Assembly (NCBI GenBank): GCA_043800255.1
Contig: JAZDNF010000006.1
Location: forward strand, 54,730 to 118,729
DNA from: Candidatus Altiarchaeota archaeon
GTDB taxonomy: Archaea; Altiarchaeota; Altiarchaeia; IMC4; SCGC-AAA252-I15
DNA length: 64,000 bases
Reading direction: 5' to 3'
The translations under genes were made by a program, and so were the position numbers. Under the pieces are notes generated by a model. That model was given only the letters and a program-made list of their open reading frames with translations. It searched no databases and had not been told where the DNA came from. Shown piece by piece: positions 36,727 to 46,333 of the stretch. Numbering within the stretch: position 1 is the stretch's first letter; each line of letters begins with the position of its first letter.

Positions 36727-39186
36727 ATGACGTCAGCTCATAAACGCGAATATGCGGGCCTTTTTGTGGTATCGCTCGCCACTCTCATGTACGAGATACT
36801 CCTCACGAGGATTTTCAGCGTCGTAACCTGGTATCATTTCGCGTTCATGGCCGTGTCGATCGCATTGTTTGGACTTACTGTCGGGGCGATAATAGTCTAC
36901 CTGTTCCGGAAGAAGTTCACAGAAAAGCTGGCAGTGCAGCGCATGACGCAGGCTTCGCTCCTCTTTTCCATAACAGTTGCGGGAACGTTCATAGTATACC
37001 TGCTGATGCCGTCCATCTTCCACGAGGCTGACAGGCTATTATACACTCCAACCCTCTTGTGGGCAGGCCAGCGCCTGCCGGCAGACGTCCTCGAGTTGGC
37101 TTACGGCTTCCTGACGGGAGTGCTCCCCAGGATTGTAGAGTACTCCATAATATCAGTGCCGTTCATATTCAGCGGCATATGCATAACAGTCGCGCTGACA
37201 AAGTTCCCGAGGGATATCAGCAGGATGTACGCTTTCAACCTAACTGGGTCAGCTCTGGGATGCATTCTCGTGATACAGGCTCTCGACCTTTTCGGCGGCC
37301 CGACTGCTGTGATAGTGGTCGCAGGGGTTGCTGCAATCGGTTCCGCCTTGTTCTCACCTGAACGCAGAACACAGGGAATCCGCCAGACTGCAGTCATCAT
37401 CGGCATAAGCTTTCTAGCGGTTGCAGGCATGAACGCCCTCTTCATGGAGAGCGGCAAAACTCTTTTCCCGATAGTATACGCTAAGGGAGCATACCAGGCT
37501 ACGCCGTTGTACGAGAAGTGGAACTCGTATTCGAGGATTGCAGTCTACGGAGACCCTGAGAAGCTGACCGTGCCTTCAGGGTGGGGGCTATCGAGTACTT
37601 ACAGCCTGAAGGGAAATATAAGACAGCTCGCCCTCAACATTGACGCCTCAGCTCTCACGCCTCTGACAGAGTTCAACGGCAGCTTTGATAGGCTGGATTA
37701 TCTGGCCTATGATGTGACTAACATAGCTCACCATATAAGGCGGGACTCTGACGTGCTGGTCATCGGCTCGGGAGGGGGCCGCGATATTCTCTCGGCGCTC
37801 TACTTCAACCAGACGTCTGTGGTGGGCGTGGAAGTCAACGGGGACATAAACGACGTCGTCAACAAAGTCTTCGGAGACTTCACCGGGCATCTTGACAGGA
37901 ACCCGAAAGTCTCGTTTGTCGCTGACGAGGCGAGAAGTTACATCACAAGGCAGGACAGCAGGTTCGACATGATACAGATATCGTTGATTGATACATGGGC
38001 TGCGACCGCTGCCGGAGCCTACGTCCTCGCCGAGAACTCGCTCTACACTGTCGAGGCCTGGACCGTGTTCTTAGATCATCTCACGGACGGGGGCGTCCTC
38101 AGCGTCTCAAGATGGCATATGACAGGCTCTCCGGGCGAGATTTACAGGCTGACGTCGCTTGCGACTAAAACGCTGCTGGAGGCTGGCGTCGACAATCCTA
38201 GAGCCCACATATTCATCGTTAGGGGAGGCTCTGTCGGCACGATGCTTATGAGCAGGGAGCCGTTCACCCAGCAGGATATCAATACGTTGGAGGAGACTGC
38301 AAAGCGCATGAACTTCGAGGTGCTGTTAAGCCCGAGGCACAGTTCTGACGGCAACTATGCTGCCATCTCATCAGGCCGGAATTTCGAACAGTTCGTATCA
38401 GACTTTCCCCTGAGGATAGAGGCGCCCACAGACGACAGCCCGTTCTTCTTCAACATGCTCAGGCTGAAGGACATCTTCAACAAGCGCCTGCAGGATGAGC
38501 AGGGCATCGTCAGCTTCAATATGAAGGCTATATCGATGCTCGGGGCGCTCCTTTTCACAGTGGTCTTCCTGACGCTGCTCTGCGTTGTCGTTCCATTATT
38601 TGTTTCGAAAGGCAGGAAGCCGGAACGTAATTCTCTGCCATTCTTCATGTTCTTCGCCTTCATAGGTTTGGGCTACATGCTGGTCGAGATCTCGCAGATG
38701 CACAGGCTCATCGTATTCCTCGGGCATCCCACGTACAGCCTCTCGGTGGTGTTGTTCTCTCTTCTTCTTTCGAGCGGCGCAGGCAGCTACTCGACTGAAT
38801 GGATTGCAACCAAGAATCGGCGCTCAGCCCTGATGAGGCTGTCTCTGCTGATGTCAGCTCTCATCCTGTTCGGCCTCCTGACACCGTATGCGATAGGCAG
38901 CTTCAGAGCCTCAACCAATCTGGTCAGAATCTCTGTCGCATTGTTGATACTTCTCCCGTTGGGCTTCTTCATGGGCATGGCTTTTCCCCTCGGGATGAAG
39001 GCAGCATCCTCCAAAGCAGCTCATCTAACCCCCTGGCTGTGGGGCATCAACGGCGCAACCTCAGTCTGCGCTTCAGTCATCGCCTTCGTCATAGCCTTCG
39101 CCTACGGCATATCAACCGCATTCTGGACCGGCCTAGGATGCTACCTCATAGCATTCGCCTCCTATGTTTGGTTAAACAGGGATTGA
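36727..39186 (+). CDS. Multi-TM protein with a central spermidine-synthase-like SAM-binding domain
   Basis: VLVIGSGGGRD, GVEVN, DEARSY, ENSLYTVEA, PTDDSPFF; TM bundles on both sides. Confidence 0.85.
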   Translation: MTSAHKREYAGLFVVSLATLMYEILLTRIFSVVTWYHFAFMAVSIALFGLTVGAIIVYLFRKKFTEKLAVQRMTQASLLFSITVAGTFIVYLLMPSIFHEADRLLYTPTLLWAGQRLPADVLELAYGFLTGVLPRIVEYSIISVPFIFSGICITVALTKFPRDISRMYAFNLTGSALGCILVIQALDLFGGPTAVIVVAGVAAIGSALFSPERRTQGIRQTAVIIGISFLAVAGMNALFMESGKTLFPIVYAKGAYQATPLYEKWNSYSRIAVYGDPEKLTVPSGWGLSSTYSLKGNIRQLALNIDASALTPLTEFNGSFDRLDYLAYDVTNIAHHIRRDSDVLVIGSGGGRDILSALYFNQTSVVGVEVNGDINDVVNKVFGDFTGHLDRNPKVSFVADEARSYITRQDSRFDMIQISLIDTWAATAAGAYVLAENSLYTVEAWTVFLDHLTDGGVLSVSRWHMTGSPGEIYRLTSLATKTLLEAGVDNPRAHIFIVRGGSVGTMLMSREPFTQQDINTLEETAKRMNFEVLLSPRHSSDGNYAAISSGRNFEQFVSDFPLRIEAPTDDSPFFFNMLRLKDIFNKRLQDEQGIVSFNMKAISMLGALLFTVVFLTLLCVVVPLFVSKGRKPERNSLPFFMFFAFIGLGYMLVEISQMHRLIVFLGHPTYSLSVVLFSLLLSSGAGSYSTEWIATKNRRSALMRLSLLMSALILFGLLTPYAIGSFRASTNLVRISVALLILLPLGFFMGMAFPLGMKAASSKAAHLTPWLWGINGATSVCASVIAFVIAFAYGISTAFWTGLGCYLIAFASYVWLNRD

Positions 39187-39189
39187 GAG

Positions 39190-39303
39190 ATGGAAGTTCA
39201 TGTCGACATTAGCGGACAGATTGAACAGATGAGTAAAGACTCTTGTGTTGGTTTCAGACGCAGTGACGGTAAAACTCATAGAGAAGAAGATGTTAGAGTT
39301 TAA
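39190..39303 (+). pseudogene. Internally deleted remnant of an RNase H-fold/DUF3800-like gene
   Basis: MEVHVDISGQIEQ resembles the hydrophobic-strand DxSG start; another frame carries a plausible original C-terminus VKLIEKKMLEFK*. Confidence 0.45.
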
Positions 39304-39387
39304 GTAGGGATAGTCCTCATATGAGGCAGACCCGATTACGCTCTGGGGGTAAAAACCTTGTCCACAGCTCCTCCAGGCTACCCCTAC
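39304..39387 (-). ncRNA. Candidate ~84-nt structured ncRNA
   Basis: 10-bp closing stem GUAGGGGUAG/CUAUCCCUAC whose G-U pair forms only on the minus strand; inner stems CUGGAGG/CCCCCAG and CCUC-AUAU-GAGG; TATA-like ATTAAATA about 25-30 nt upstream. Confidence 0.6.
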
Positions 39388-39502
39388 ATAATACTAAGGG
39401 GGAGTAGATTATTTAATAATTTCGCTAGTATAGTATAAGACTTCGTTGTAATACTTCTGCCCCCCGCACCGCCGATTCCTCAATCCCTTACATAGCCCAA
39501 TC

Positions 39503-39524
39503 CCGCAAAATATATTTTTTGCGG
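39503..39524. terminator. Inverted repeat downstream of the thioester-protein gene
   Basis: CCGCAAAA-TATATT-TTTTGCGG. Confidence 0.4.
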
Positions 39525-39582
39525 ACAGATGCCGGAGGCGTTAAATAATATTTGATTAGTGAAGAAAGACCTCTGACGTCAA

Positions 39583-42500
39583 TTATTTAGCTGTTATCCT
39601 TCCCCCTTCAATCTCTGTCTTTGTTTCGGGTCTGTAGTAGGAGTATGCCTTACTTGCGGGGATTATCGCTTTAACAGGGAATCTCGCTTTGACCTGTAAA
39701 TCAAATTCCAGTTCTTGATCTCGGACTAAGTCATCTACGTAGACTATGATTTTCCGCCCACCGACCTCAATTTTTGGTATCAAATCTTCTTCCTCTATGA
39801 GTTTGTCTAAACTATCTTGAACGTGGACGAATCCAGTAGGTACTGCAACGTCAACTATCATCATTCCTGAGGAATTACCTCTTCCAACATATTTCACTTT
39901 CACATGGACATTGACTATATCATTAACAATGACATTTTTAGAGTCGTAGTCTACTTCTAGTTCAATCTCTTTCCTCTCTGTTATGTTAGGCGGAGCTATG
40001 TTAAATTTCGTAACCAATTGGTAATTCACATCTCCCTTCCCCTTAAGATATACTCTGATATTTTCTGTAGTACTAGGCAGTTCCTGTATCTGGAGGACGT
40101 CAAAGTTCTCAGGATTGAGTTCGAAATCGTTAACCTTTTTGCCGTCAGCTGTTAGGGTGACGGTAGCGTCAATATTTTTTCTTTGGCCTGACGCTGCTGC
40201 CACAAGAGCCTTGAATGCGATGACCGTGTCCTGGGTTGACCTGAATCCGCCCTTCGAATTTCTCTGCGAAACAATCCATTTCATGACTTTGTTGGCTTCG
40301 GCCCTGTTAGCTTCTATAAGTGATAATGCCGCGTATGCTGTTGTCTCAACACTCTTCCCCGGCGGCGTTGGAGGTGGGAGCATTATACGTCCATATTGTT
40401 GTCTTAGGATTATAGGATCCTCACCCCAGTACATTCCATTGTCGTCTTCTTTGGCCAAATCGAGAAGGGCTACTATCGCCTCATCTGCCTTATCACTTTC
40501 AAGCTTCTGAAGTGTTAGAGAACCTATAGCCAGCGAGTAGGCGTCATCTTCCACTGAATCGAGATTGTCTTCGAGATATTTTTTGGCTTTATTCATCACA
40601 TCAGCATTAGCGTTTCCATACTCGTCCAAACCCAATACGATGTAAGCTGTGAGCGAGTAGGTTCCACTTAAACTGCCTGACATCTCCTTGTGGACGAGGA
40701 AACCAACATGATCCCATGAACCATCCTTCTTTTGGTGACCCTGTATCCAAGCTGCGGCAGTGGACAAAATGTTATCGTCGATTTCTATCAGGTCTCTCGC
40801 GCTTGCAAACTCCCATAAAACAAAGTTCGTAAGCCACAGACTTCCTGATTCGTCTCTCTCTCCGAACGCAGAGTATGAGCCATCACCATGCCTATAAGTT
40901 AATTCTCTCTGATAACCCGTCTGCATGAACACTTCTACCTTAGCCTGCACTTCAGGATTAACCTGTTTTGTTGCCTCAAGGTATCTCATAACCTCAACAT
41001 CAGGGGCGAACAACATCATATTCTGCTCTCCACATCCCATAGGCATCGCAAGTAAATCATCAACACCATTGATTGACTGAGCGACGATACTCGGCGTGAG
41101 ACTGAAAAGTAATTTACCAGAGTCTTGGATAATAGCATCCGGTAGCTGAGCGTCAATAGTGACATCTTTATCTGCCTTGAGTATGCCGTTCTCAACAAAT
41201 TCCCTCTGAACCCCCTCAGGCTCTACAATAATCTCTCTCTTTACTGCGTCAGCACGTTTGGTAGTCCTCGCGGTAACGTCAACGGTTTTCACGCCTAATT
41301 TCTTGGGTCTGATGGTAAAGCTAACGGAACTGACGCTGTTTCCTTCAACTTCGACATCGGTTTTACTTTCACCTAACAAGTCAAACCAGTCTTCCTTGTC
41401 AAGCTCTAGATAAACATTCTGTGGAGTGTCAAGATAGTTGTACACTAACACGCTTACTGGGAACTCTTCCCCCCGGGTTACAGCATACGGTAGGTCAGAT
41501 TCTACGAAGAAATCCTGGAATACTGTGAGATCAGTTTCAACCAACCCTAAACCCTTCACAGAAGAGGATATGGCATGAAGCTTCCAAGTTGTTATAGAAT
41601 CAGGCACAGTCAATGTTAGCTCTGCCTTTCCACTGTTATCAGTCAGTAATTCAGGATTCCACAACCAGGTTTCTGGGAAAAACTGCCTAACTCGTGAGAC
41701 CTCAGCAAGAGGCTCCCCTTCTTGTTCCACTCTTGGCTCAGACACCGAAGCCGTTACACCAGCCCCTACTGCAAGCCCTTCAAACCAAACCCCTCTCCCT
41801 CTTCGTATTAGCGAAACTCTATCTGGCTTTTTCGGCTCTGGGAACTTAAGAGTTTTTGAGCCAAGAGCTTGCATTCCTGTCTCTTTTAACATATCAATTG
41901 GTGTTACTGTCTGGCTGAAATCGTATATTGACGTGTAAACTGGGTGAGCTTCAGCCTGTGGTTCCATAAATCGTTTCTCCAATTCATCAAATACCTGCCT
42001 TATATTAAGCCTTCCTTCACTGAGAGCGTAAACTGACTCATCAACAATCGAAACACCGATCATAGACTTCCCTTCTGCATCGAAGTTAATGTTTATACTG
42101 TCACCAGGAGAGGCTTCATCTTCGCTGAATTCTGCTTCCAACTCAACGGGAAAACTCGGTCCAACATCGAAAGGAAGAGTATCAACCGATACCTCGCTGT
42201 TCGGGTTTATCTTATATGCCACAAGCTTGGATTCAGGGCTCATCTGAAATGTGATTGGAATCTCTATTGTCATTTCTGAATTATTCCTGAAGAATTGAGT
42301 GGAACTCGAGTAAACAGTTCTACCAGAGGATACGACATCATAGTATATCCGCCCTCCTTGGGTTGCATATACTTTGAAGGTGATAACATCCCCTACTTTA
42401 GGTGTTCCCTTTGTCTGCTGTATTAGGTGTATGAAATTGGAGGTTGGTGAGTACACGGATTGCAACGCTAATTCGACTTTAGTATCCTTGTCTTTGGATA

Positions 42501-43959
42501 ATCTCGCATTTACTTCAACAGCATACGTGTCCTCTGGAGGCGTGAAAGAGGCGACAGCTAAACCATTCCTTGTTTGTAAAGTAAGTTTCTCACTTTCAAT
42601 GGAATCAAAGTCTATGTCTTTATAGTTCACATCCACTATAACCTTTTCAGATAACGGCTCTCCATCAGGTGTTTCAGTGACCACAAGTATTTCGAAGGGG
42701 ATGGTAGGTTTCACTGCACGGCTTTCTAGAATCAACTGAAGTACAGTCGACGACTGAGTAATCTTAAGAAGCTTGGATGTCTCCTCAGTATGTCCTCCAG
42801 TATCAGTTACAGATATATTCAATAACAGACTACCCTGCCCACCCGCTCCTACGGTTCCAGCCACGTATTCGGCAGGCGGTAATGTGAATTCAGTCGATCC
42901 ATTCTCAAGGTCAGCAGTATAAGTCGTATACTTAATCCATTCTCCAACGTATTTATAGGTATCAATTTTAACTTCCCCTTCCACATTCTTACCGAAGAAA
43001 TAATCAGCACTAACCTTTCCGGTTATCTTCTCGCCTACCAAAAACCATTCTCTTGGAAGGTCAATAGTAACCTTGAATTTAGGTAGGACGTACTTTTCAA
43101 CCAGAATGTCTATGTTTGTTTTGGAAGAACCAGACTCAGAGTAAATCTTCCATGTTCCAAAGTTTAGGTCGATTGCTAGAGGCAATTCGAAAGTGGCAAC
43201 GCCGAAATCGTTGCTGGTGATATTCTTTTTGAAGATTTTTATGCCCTTAGCATCCAATATTTCAACTATAAGGTTCAGACTCATCGGTTTTAGATTATTG
43301 TCCAATGTTAGAACTCGTCCCTGAATCAGCTGACCTGGCTTGTATATTGGCTTATCGGTTTCAACGAACAACGCAGGATTCTGCTTTATTGTAACACTGC
43401 CGTTGAAGGTTTGGCTTGTTCCAATAACATTTGCAATAATTTTATAGACTCCGCTCTCGACGTTAGGTACTATAAATGACGCAACAGAATGCCCCTCATC
43501 GCCGGTTGAAGCCTCAACAAGTTTAACATCTCTGTTATTGCGTTCATCTTTTAAGGAATACTCTATACATGCTTTCGCGGGAGCTTGAGAGTCCTTATCT
43601 GTTGAGGCCATGGTAACAGAGGACTCAGCCCCTGCAAACATCATCTTGGGGACGAGAATAAGATAATCTAGATCATTTTTCACTGACCGGCTTTTGGAAT
43701 CACAATCTAACGGCGGGTTCGTTAACCTGAAGGCAGGTTTTACTTCAACAGGTTCGTCTATTTTAGATGGCAATGTTATGCTAGGTTTTATCTGTTGGTC
43801 ATCGCACACTCCATCCGCATTCTCATCCAAACAGCAGTCACTACCGTCTCTAATATACGGCTCATTACATTCAGGAAGAGACGCTGGAGGCTGTTCTTCA
43901 ACACAGCCACTAAAAAATAAGACCCCTACCAGGACCACGACGAAAAGATTACTTTTCAC
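39583..43959 (-). CDS. Lipoprotein alpha-2-macroglobulin/thioester-containing protein (TEP)
   Basis: Lipobox FSGC; ETDKPIYKPG, YVLPKF, RQFFPETW, VPDSITTW, GCGEQNM, YQREL, GGFRSTQDT, GMMIVDVAVPTGF, YSYYRPE. Confidence 0.95.
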   Translation of the reverse strand: MKSNLFVVVLVGVLFFSGCVEEQPPASLPECNEPYIRDGSDCCLDENADGVCDDQQIKPSITLPSKIDEPVEVKPAFRLTNPPLDCDSKSRSVKNDLDYLILVPKMMFAGAESSVTMASTDKDSQAPAKACIEYSLKDERNNRDVKLVEASTGDEGHSVASFIVPNVESGVYKIIANVIGTSQTFNGSVTIKQNPALFVETDKPIYKPGQLIQGRVLTLDNNLKPMSLNLIVEILDAKGIKIFKKNITSNDFGVATFELPLAIDLNFGTWKIYSESGSSKTNIDILVEKYVLPKFKVTIDLPREWFLVGEKITGKVSADYFFGKNVEGEVKIDTYKYVGEWIKYTTYTADLENGSTEFTLPPAEYVAGTVGAGGQGSLLLNISVTDTGGHTEETSKLLKITQSSTVLQLILESRAVKPTIPFEILVVTETPDGEPLSEKVIVDVNYKDIDFDSIESEKLTLQTRNGLAVASFTPPEDTYAVEVNARLSKDKDTKVELALQSVYSPTSNFIHLIQQTKGTPKVGDVITFKVYATQGGRIYYDVVSSGRTVYSSSTQFFRNNSEMTIEIPITFQMSPESKLVAYKINPNSEVSVDTLPFDVGPSFPVELEAEFSEDEASPGDSININFDAEGKSMIGVSIVDESVYALSEGRLNIRQVFDELEKRFMEPQAEAHPVYTSIYDFSQTVTPIDMLKETGMQALGSKTLKFPEPKKPDRVSLIRRGRGVWFEGLAVGAGVTASVSEPRVEQEGEPLAEVSRVRQFFPETWLWNPELLTDNSGKAELTLTVPDSITTWKLHAISSSVKGLGLVETDLTVFQDFFVESDLPYAVTRGEEFPVSVLVYNYLDTPQNVYLELDKEDWFDLLGESKTDVEVEGNSVSSVSFTIRPKKLGVKTVDVTARTTKRADAVKREIIVEPEGVQREFVENGILKADKDVTIDAQLPDAIIQDSGKLLFSLTPSIVAQSINGVDDLLAMPMGCGEQNMMLFAPDVEVMRYLEATKQVNPEVQAKVEVFMQTGYQRELTYRHGDGSYSAFGERDESGSLWLTNFVLWEFASARDLIEIDDNILSTAAAWIQGHQKKDGSWDHVGFLVHKEMSGSLSGTYSLTAYIVLGLDEYGNANADVMNKAKKYLEDNLDSVEDDAYSLAIGSLTLQKLESDKADEAIVALLDLAKEDDNGMYWGEDPIILRQQYGRIMLPPPTPPGKSVETTAYAALSLIEANRAEANKVMKWIVSQRNSKGGFRSTQDTVIAFKALVAAASGQRKNIDATVTLTADGKKVNDFELNPENFDVLQIQELPSTTENIRVYLKGKGDVNYQLVTKFNIAPPNITERKEIELEVDYDSKNVIVNDIVNVHVKVKYVGRGNSSGMMIVDVAVPTGFVHVQDSLDKLIEEEDLIPKIEVGGRKIIVYVDDLVRDQELEFDLQVKARFPVKAIIPASKAYSYYRPETKTEIEGGRITAK

Positions 43960-44037
43960 CTTGATAATCTATTCTAACCCTTCTTTAAAAGAAAGGACGT
44001 TTTTGTTAGGTTGAAACCGAAACTTAGCACTAAGACT

Positions 44038-44223
44038 TCAACCCCCAGGTTTCACCGAGCGTTGAGATTTTGTAACCTTGGGTAGATAGGATACCATAAC
44101 CAATACTCCACCAATGCCTCCATAGTAAGTATCTATTCTAAGATAGTAGCAAATCATCATACCGACAAATGTAGCGATGAAAACCTTGATTGCCAGTATA
44201 AGGTAAAACTTAACTTTACTCAT
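44038..44223 (-). CDS. Small two-TM hypothetical protein
   Basis: Hydrophobic, AT-rich; 4-nt overlap with the upstream ORF. Confidence 0.5.
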   Translation of the reverse strand: MSKVKFYLILAIKVFIATFVGMMICYYLRIDTYYGGIGGVLVMVSYLPKVTKSQRSVKPGG

Positions 44224-44606
44224 TCCTTCAATCCCTCCAATACGCTGGCGGTTATGGTTATGAAACCTATTAGGAATATTATGACTTCTTTAGTAGGGGT
44301 TCTTTTTGAAAGGCGAGAAATAAGACTGAGATTACAATAACGAAGGGAACTACTACTTGGGCAATATCTATTGTTTTTTCTTGAATTTTTCCGTTTCAAA
44401 TACAAATTAATCCATAAGTGACCCATCAAAACAAAGGGAACTGCCAGTATACCCGCTATAACAAAACTCAAAGAGTTTATTATTCCAAATTTAGGAGTAA
44501 ACTGAACTCCTATTATCAGAAAAACAATACCTAAGCGTAATGCTAACTTTAAACTGCCTTTGCATGCATCATGAATATCCTTAGGGTATCTGAATAGGAT
44601 TATCAT
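44220..44606 (-). CDS. Hypothetical membrane protein
   Basis: About three hydrophobic segments; AT-rich. Confidence 0.5.
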   Translation of the reverse strand: MIILFRYPKDIHDACKGSLKLALRLGIVFLIIGVQFTPKFGIINSLSFVIAGILAVPFVLMGHLWINLYLKRKNSRKNNRYCPSSSSLRYCNLSLISRLSKRTPTKEVIIFLIGFITITASVLEGLKE

Positions 44607-44741
44607 ATTCCCTTTTCTCCTTTAATACCAAACTCCCCACGTACATATTGCGAACCTGATAAAAACTATCGTGAAAATCACAATACCTGTGAGACTTTTG
44701 TGCAAATGCGACTTTTGGGCAAGCCTGCCTGAATCGTAAGC

Positions 44742-44783
44742 TTTTTATATGATTAGATACAATATTTAGTATTTGTTAAATAT
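44742..44783 (+). promoter_or_regulatory. TATA box and putative operator of the ABC exporter operon
   Basis: TTTTTATA, then inverted repeat ATATTTA-N8-TAAATAT (44762-44783). Confidence 0.5.
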
Positions 44784-44807
44784 CCTGTATTTGCAGTATT
44801 TCGTAAA

Positions 44808-45305
44808 ATGACAGACCCAGTGGAACAATCGAAGAAGAACATCTCAGGAGCCTACAACACGGTCCTCAGAAGGCTCGGCCTGAACCCAGCCTACAGTGAC
44901 ATCTACTTCACGCTCTTCTTCGCAAATAAACCGCAAGGCATAAAGGAGCTCTCCAAGGCGACAGGCTATAGCGTCTCGACCATATCCAACTCGATGAAGT
45001 TCCTTGAGAGCTTCTTCGACATCGAGCGCTCCAAGCAGCCTGGAAGCAAGAGAGTATACTTCAGATGCAGGCACCAGTTCTATCAGCCGGTTGAGAGGAT
45101 ACTGCTGGTGAGGGCAGATATCATAAAGATGATGCTAGAAGTCCTGAGAGAGGAGGATGAGAGGCTCAAGAACGTGAAAACCGAGGATGGGAGACAGGTG
45201 CTGGAGAACATACGAAACCTGAAGAAAGACTGCGAAAGCATGGACATGATAATGAACAAGGTCCTTGAGATGCAAAAAGAACTTTTTAAGGATAAAAACA
45301 GATAA
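44808..45305 (+). CDS. GbsR/MarR-type wHTH transcription regulator
   Basis: LGLNP, IKELSKATGYSVSTISNSMKFL, PGSKRVYF. Confidence 0.85.
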   Translation: MTDPVEQSKKNISGAYNTVLRRLGLNPAYSDIYFTLFFANKPQGIKELSKATGYSVSTISNSMKFLESFFDIERSKQPGSKRVYFRCRHQFYQPVERILLVRADIIKMMLEVLREEDERLKNVKTEDGRQVLENIRNLKKDCESMDMIMNKVLEMQKELFKDKNR

Positions 45306-45317
45306 GAGGAAGGCAAG

Positions 45318-45632
45318 ATGATAATCGTGAACACTGAGGGAATAGCGGGGAGGGAAATCGCCGAAACACTTGGTTTAGTGAGAGGCTCCACTATCAGGGC
45401 GAAGTGGTTCGGCAAGGACATCATGGCAGGCATCAGGAACATCCTCGGCGGGGAGCTGAAAGAGTACACTGAGATGATGACAGAGGCGAGAGAGCAGGCC
45501 CTGCGCAGGATGGAGGATAACGCGAAAAAGCTGGGAGCCGACGCTGTGGTGAACGTCAGATTCTCGACTTCGATGGTGATCGGAGGCTCAGCGGAGATGC
45601 TCGCCTACGGGACGGCAGTAAAATTAAAATGA
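45318..45632 (+). CDS. YbjQ/UPF0145 family protein
   Basis: GKDIMAG..NILGGELKEYT, GADAVVNVRF, AYGTAVK. Confidence 0.93.
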   Translation: MIIVNTEGIAGREIAETLGLVRGSTIRAKWFGKDIMAGIRNILGGELKEYTEMMTEAREQALRRMEDNAKKLGADAVVNVRFSTSMVIGGSAEMLAYGTAVKLK

Positions 45633-46333
45633 CCAAAAAGCACGAGAAACATCTCATAGAACTGAAGGAAGTGTGGAAGACGTACCATATGGGACAGGTG
45701 CAGGTTCACGCCCTCAGAGGCATGACGTTGAACGTGCACGCCAAGGAGTTCCTGGCAGTGATGGGCCCCTCGGGAAGCGGGAAGAGCACAGCCTTGAACA
45801 TGGTAGGATGCCTGGACGTCCCAACCAAAGGCACCATCCTGCTGGACGGGATAGACATCTCAAAGCTCCATGAATCAGACCTCGCGCAAATTAGAGGTAG
45901 GAAGATAGGATTCGTGTTCCAGCAGTTCAACCTCATGCCATCCCTCACGGCGCTTGAGAACGTAACCCTGCCAATGGTGTTCCAGGACATCTCAGAGGCC
46001 GAGAGGGAGAGGAGAGGCAGGCACTGGCTTGAGAGGATGGACCTGGGAGACAGGATGCACCACAGGCCGACCGAACTGTCAGGGGGGCAGCAGCAGAGGG
46101 TAGCGATAGCGAGGGCGCTCGCAAACGATCCACAAGTCATACTGGCAGACGAGCCCACAGGGAACCTGGACACGAAATCGGGAGAGGACGTGATGCAGCT
46201 CCTCAAGGACCTGCACAAGGACGGCAAGACCATAGTCATGGTCACCCACGATCCTGACATGGCAGAACACGCGGAAAGAATCGCGCATCTTAGGGATGGA
46301 AAAATATTGGAAAATGGAGGTAAGAAAAAATGA
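45629..46333 (+). CDS. LolD/MacB-type ABC transporter ATP-binding protein
   Basis: GPSGSGKS, LSGGQQQRV, ADEPTGNLD, VTHD. Confidence 0.95.
   Translation: MTKKHEKHLIELKEVWKTYHMGQVQVHALRGMTLNVHAKEFLAVMGPSGSGKSTALNMVGCLDVPTKGTILLDGIDISKLHESDLAQIRGRKIGFVFQQFNLMPSLTALENVTLPMVFQDISEAERERRGRHWLERMDLGDRMHHRPTELSGGQQQRVAIARALANDPQVILADEPTGNLDTKSGEDVMQLLKDLHKDGKTIVMVTHDPDMAEHAERIAHLRDGKILENGGKKK

Noticed and set aside
39304-39387. tRNA gene
   Set aside because: Similar size and closed ends, but no TTC T-loop or D-loop consensus and a 10-bp closing stem.
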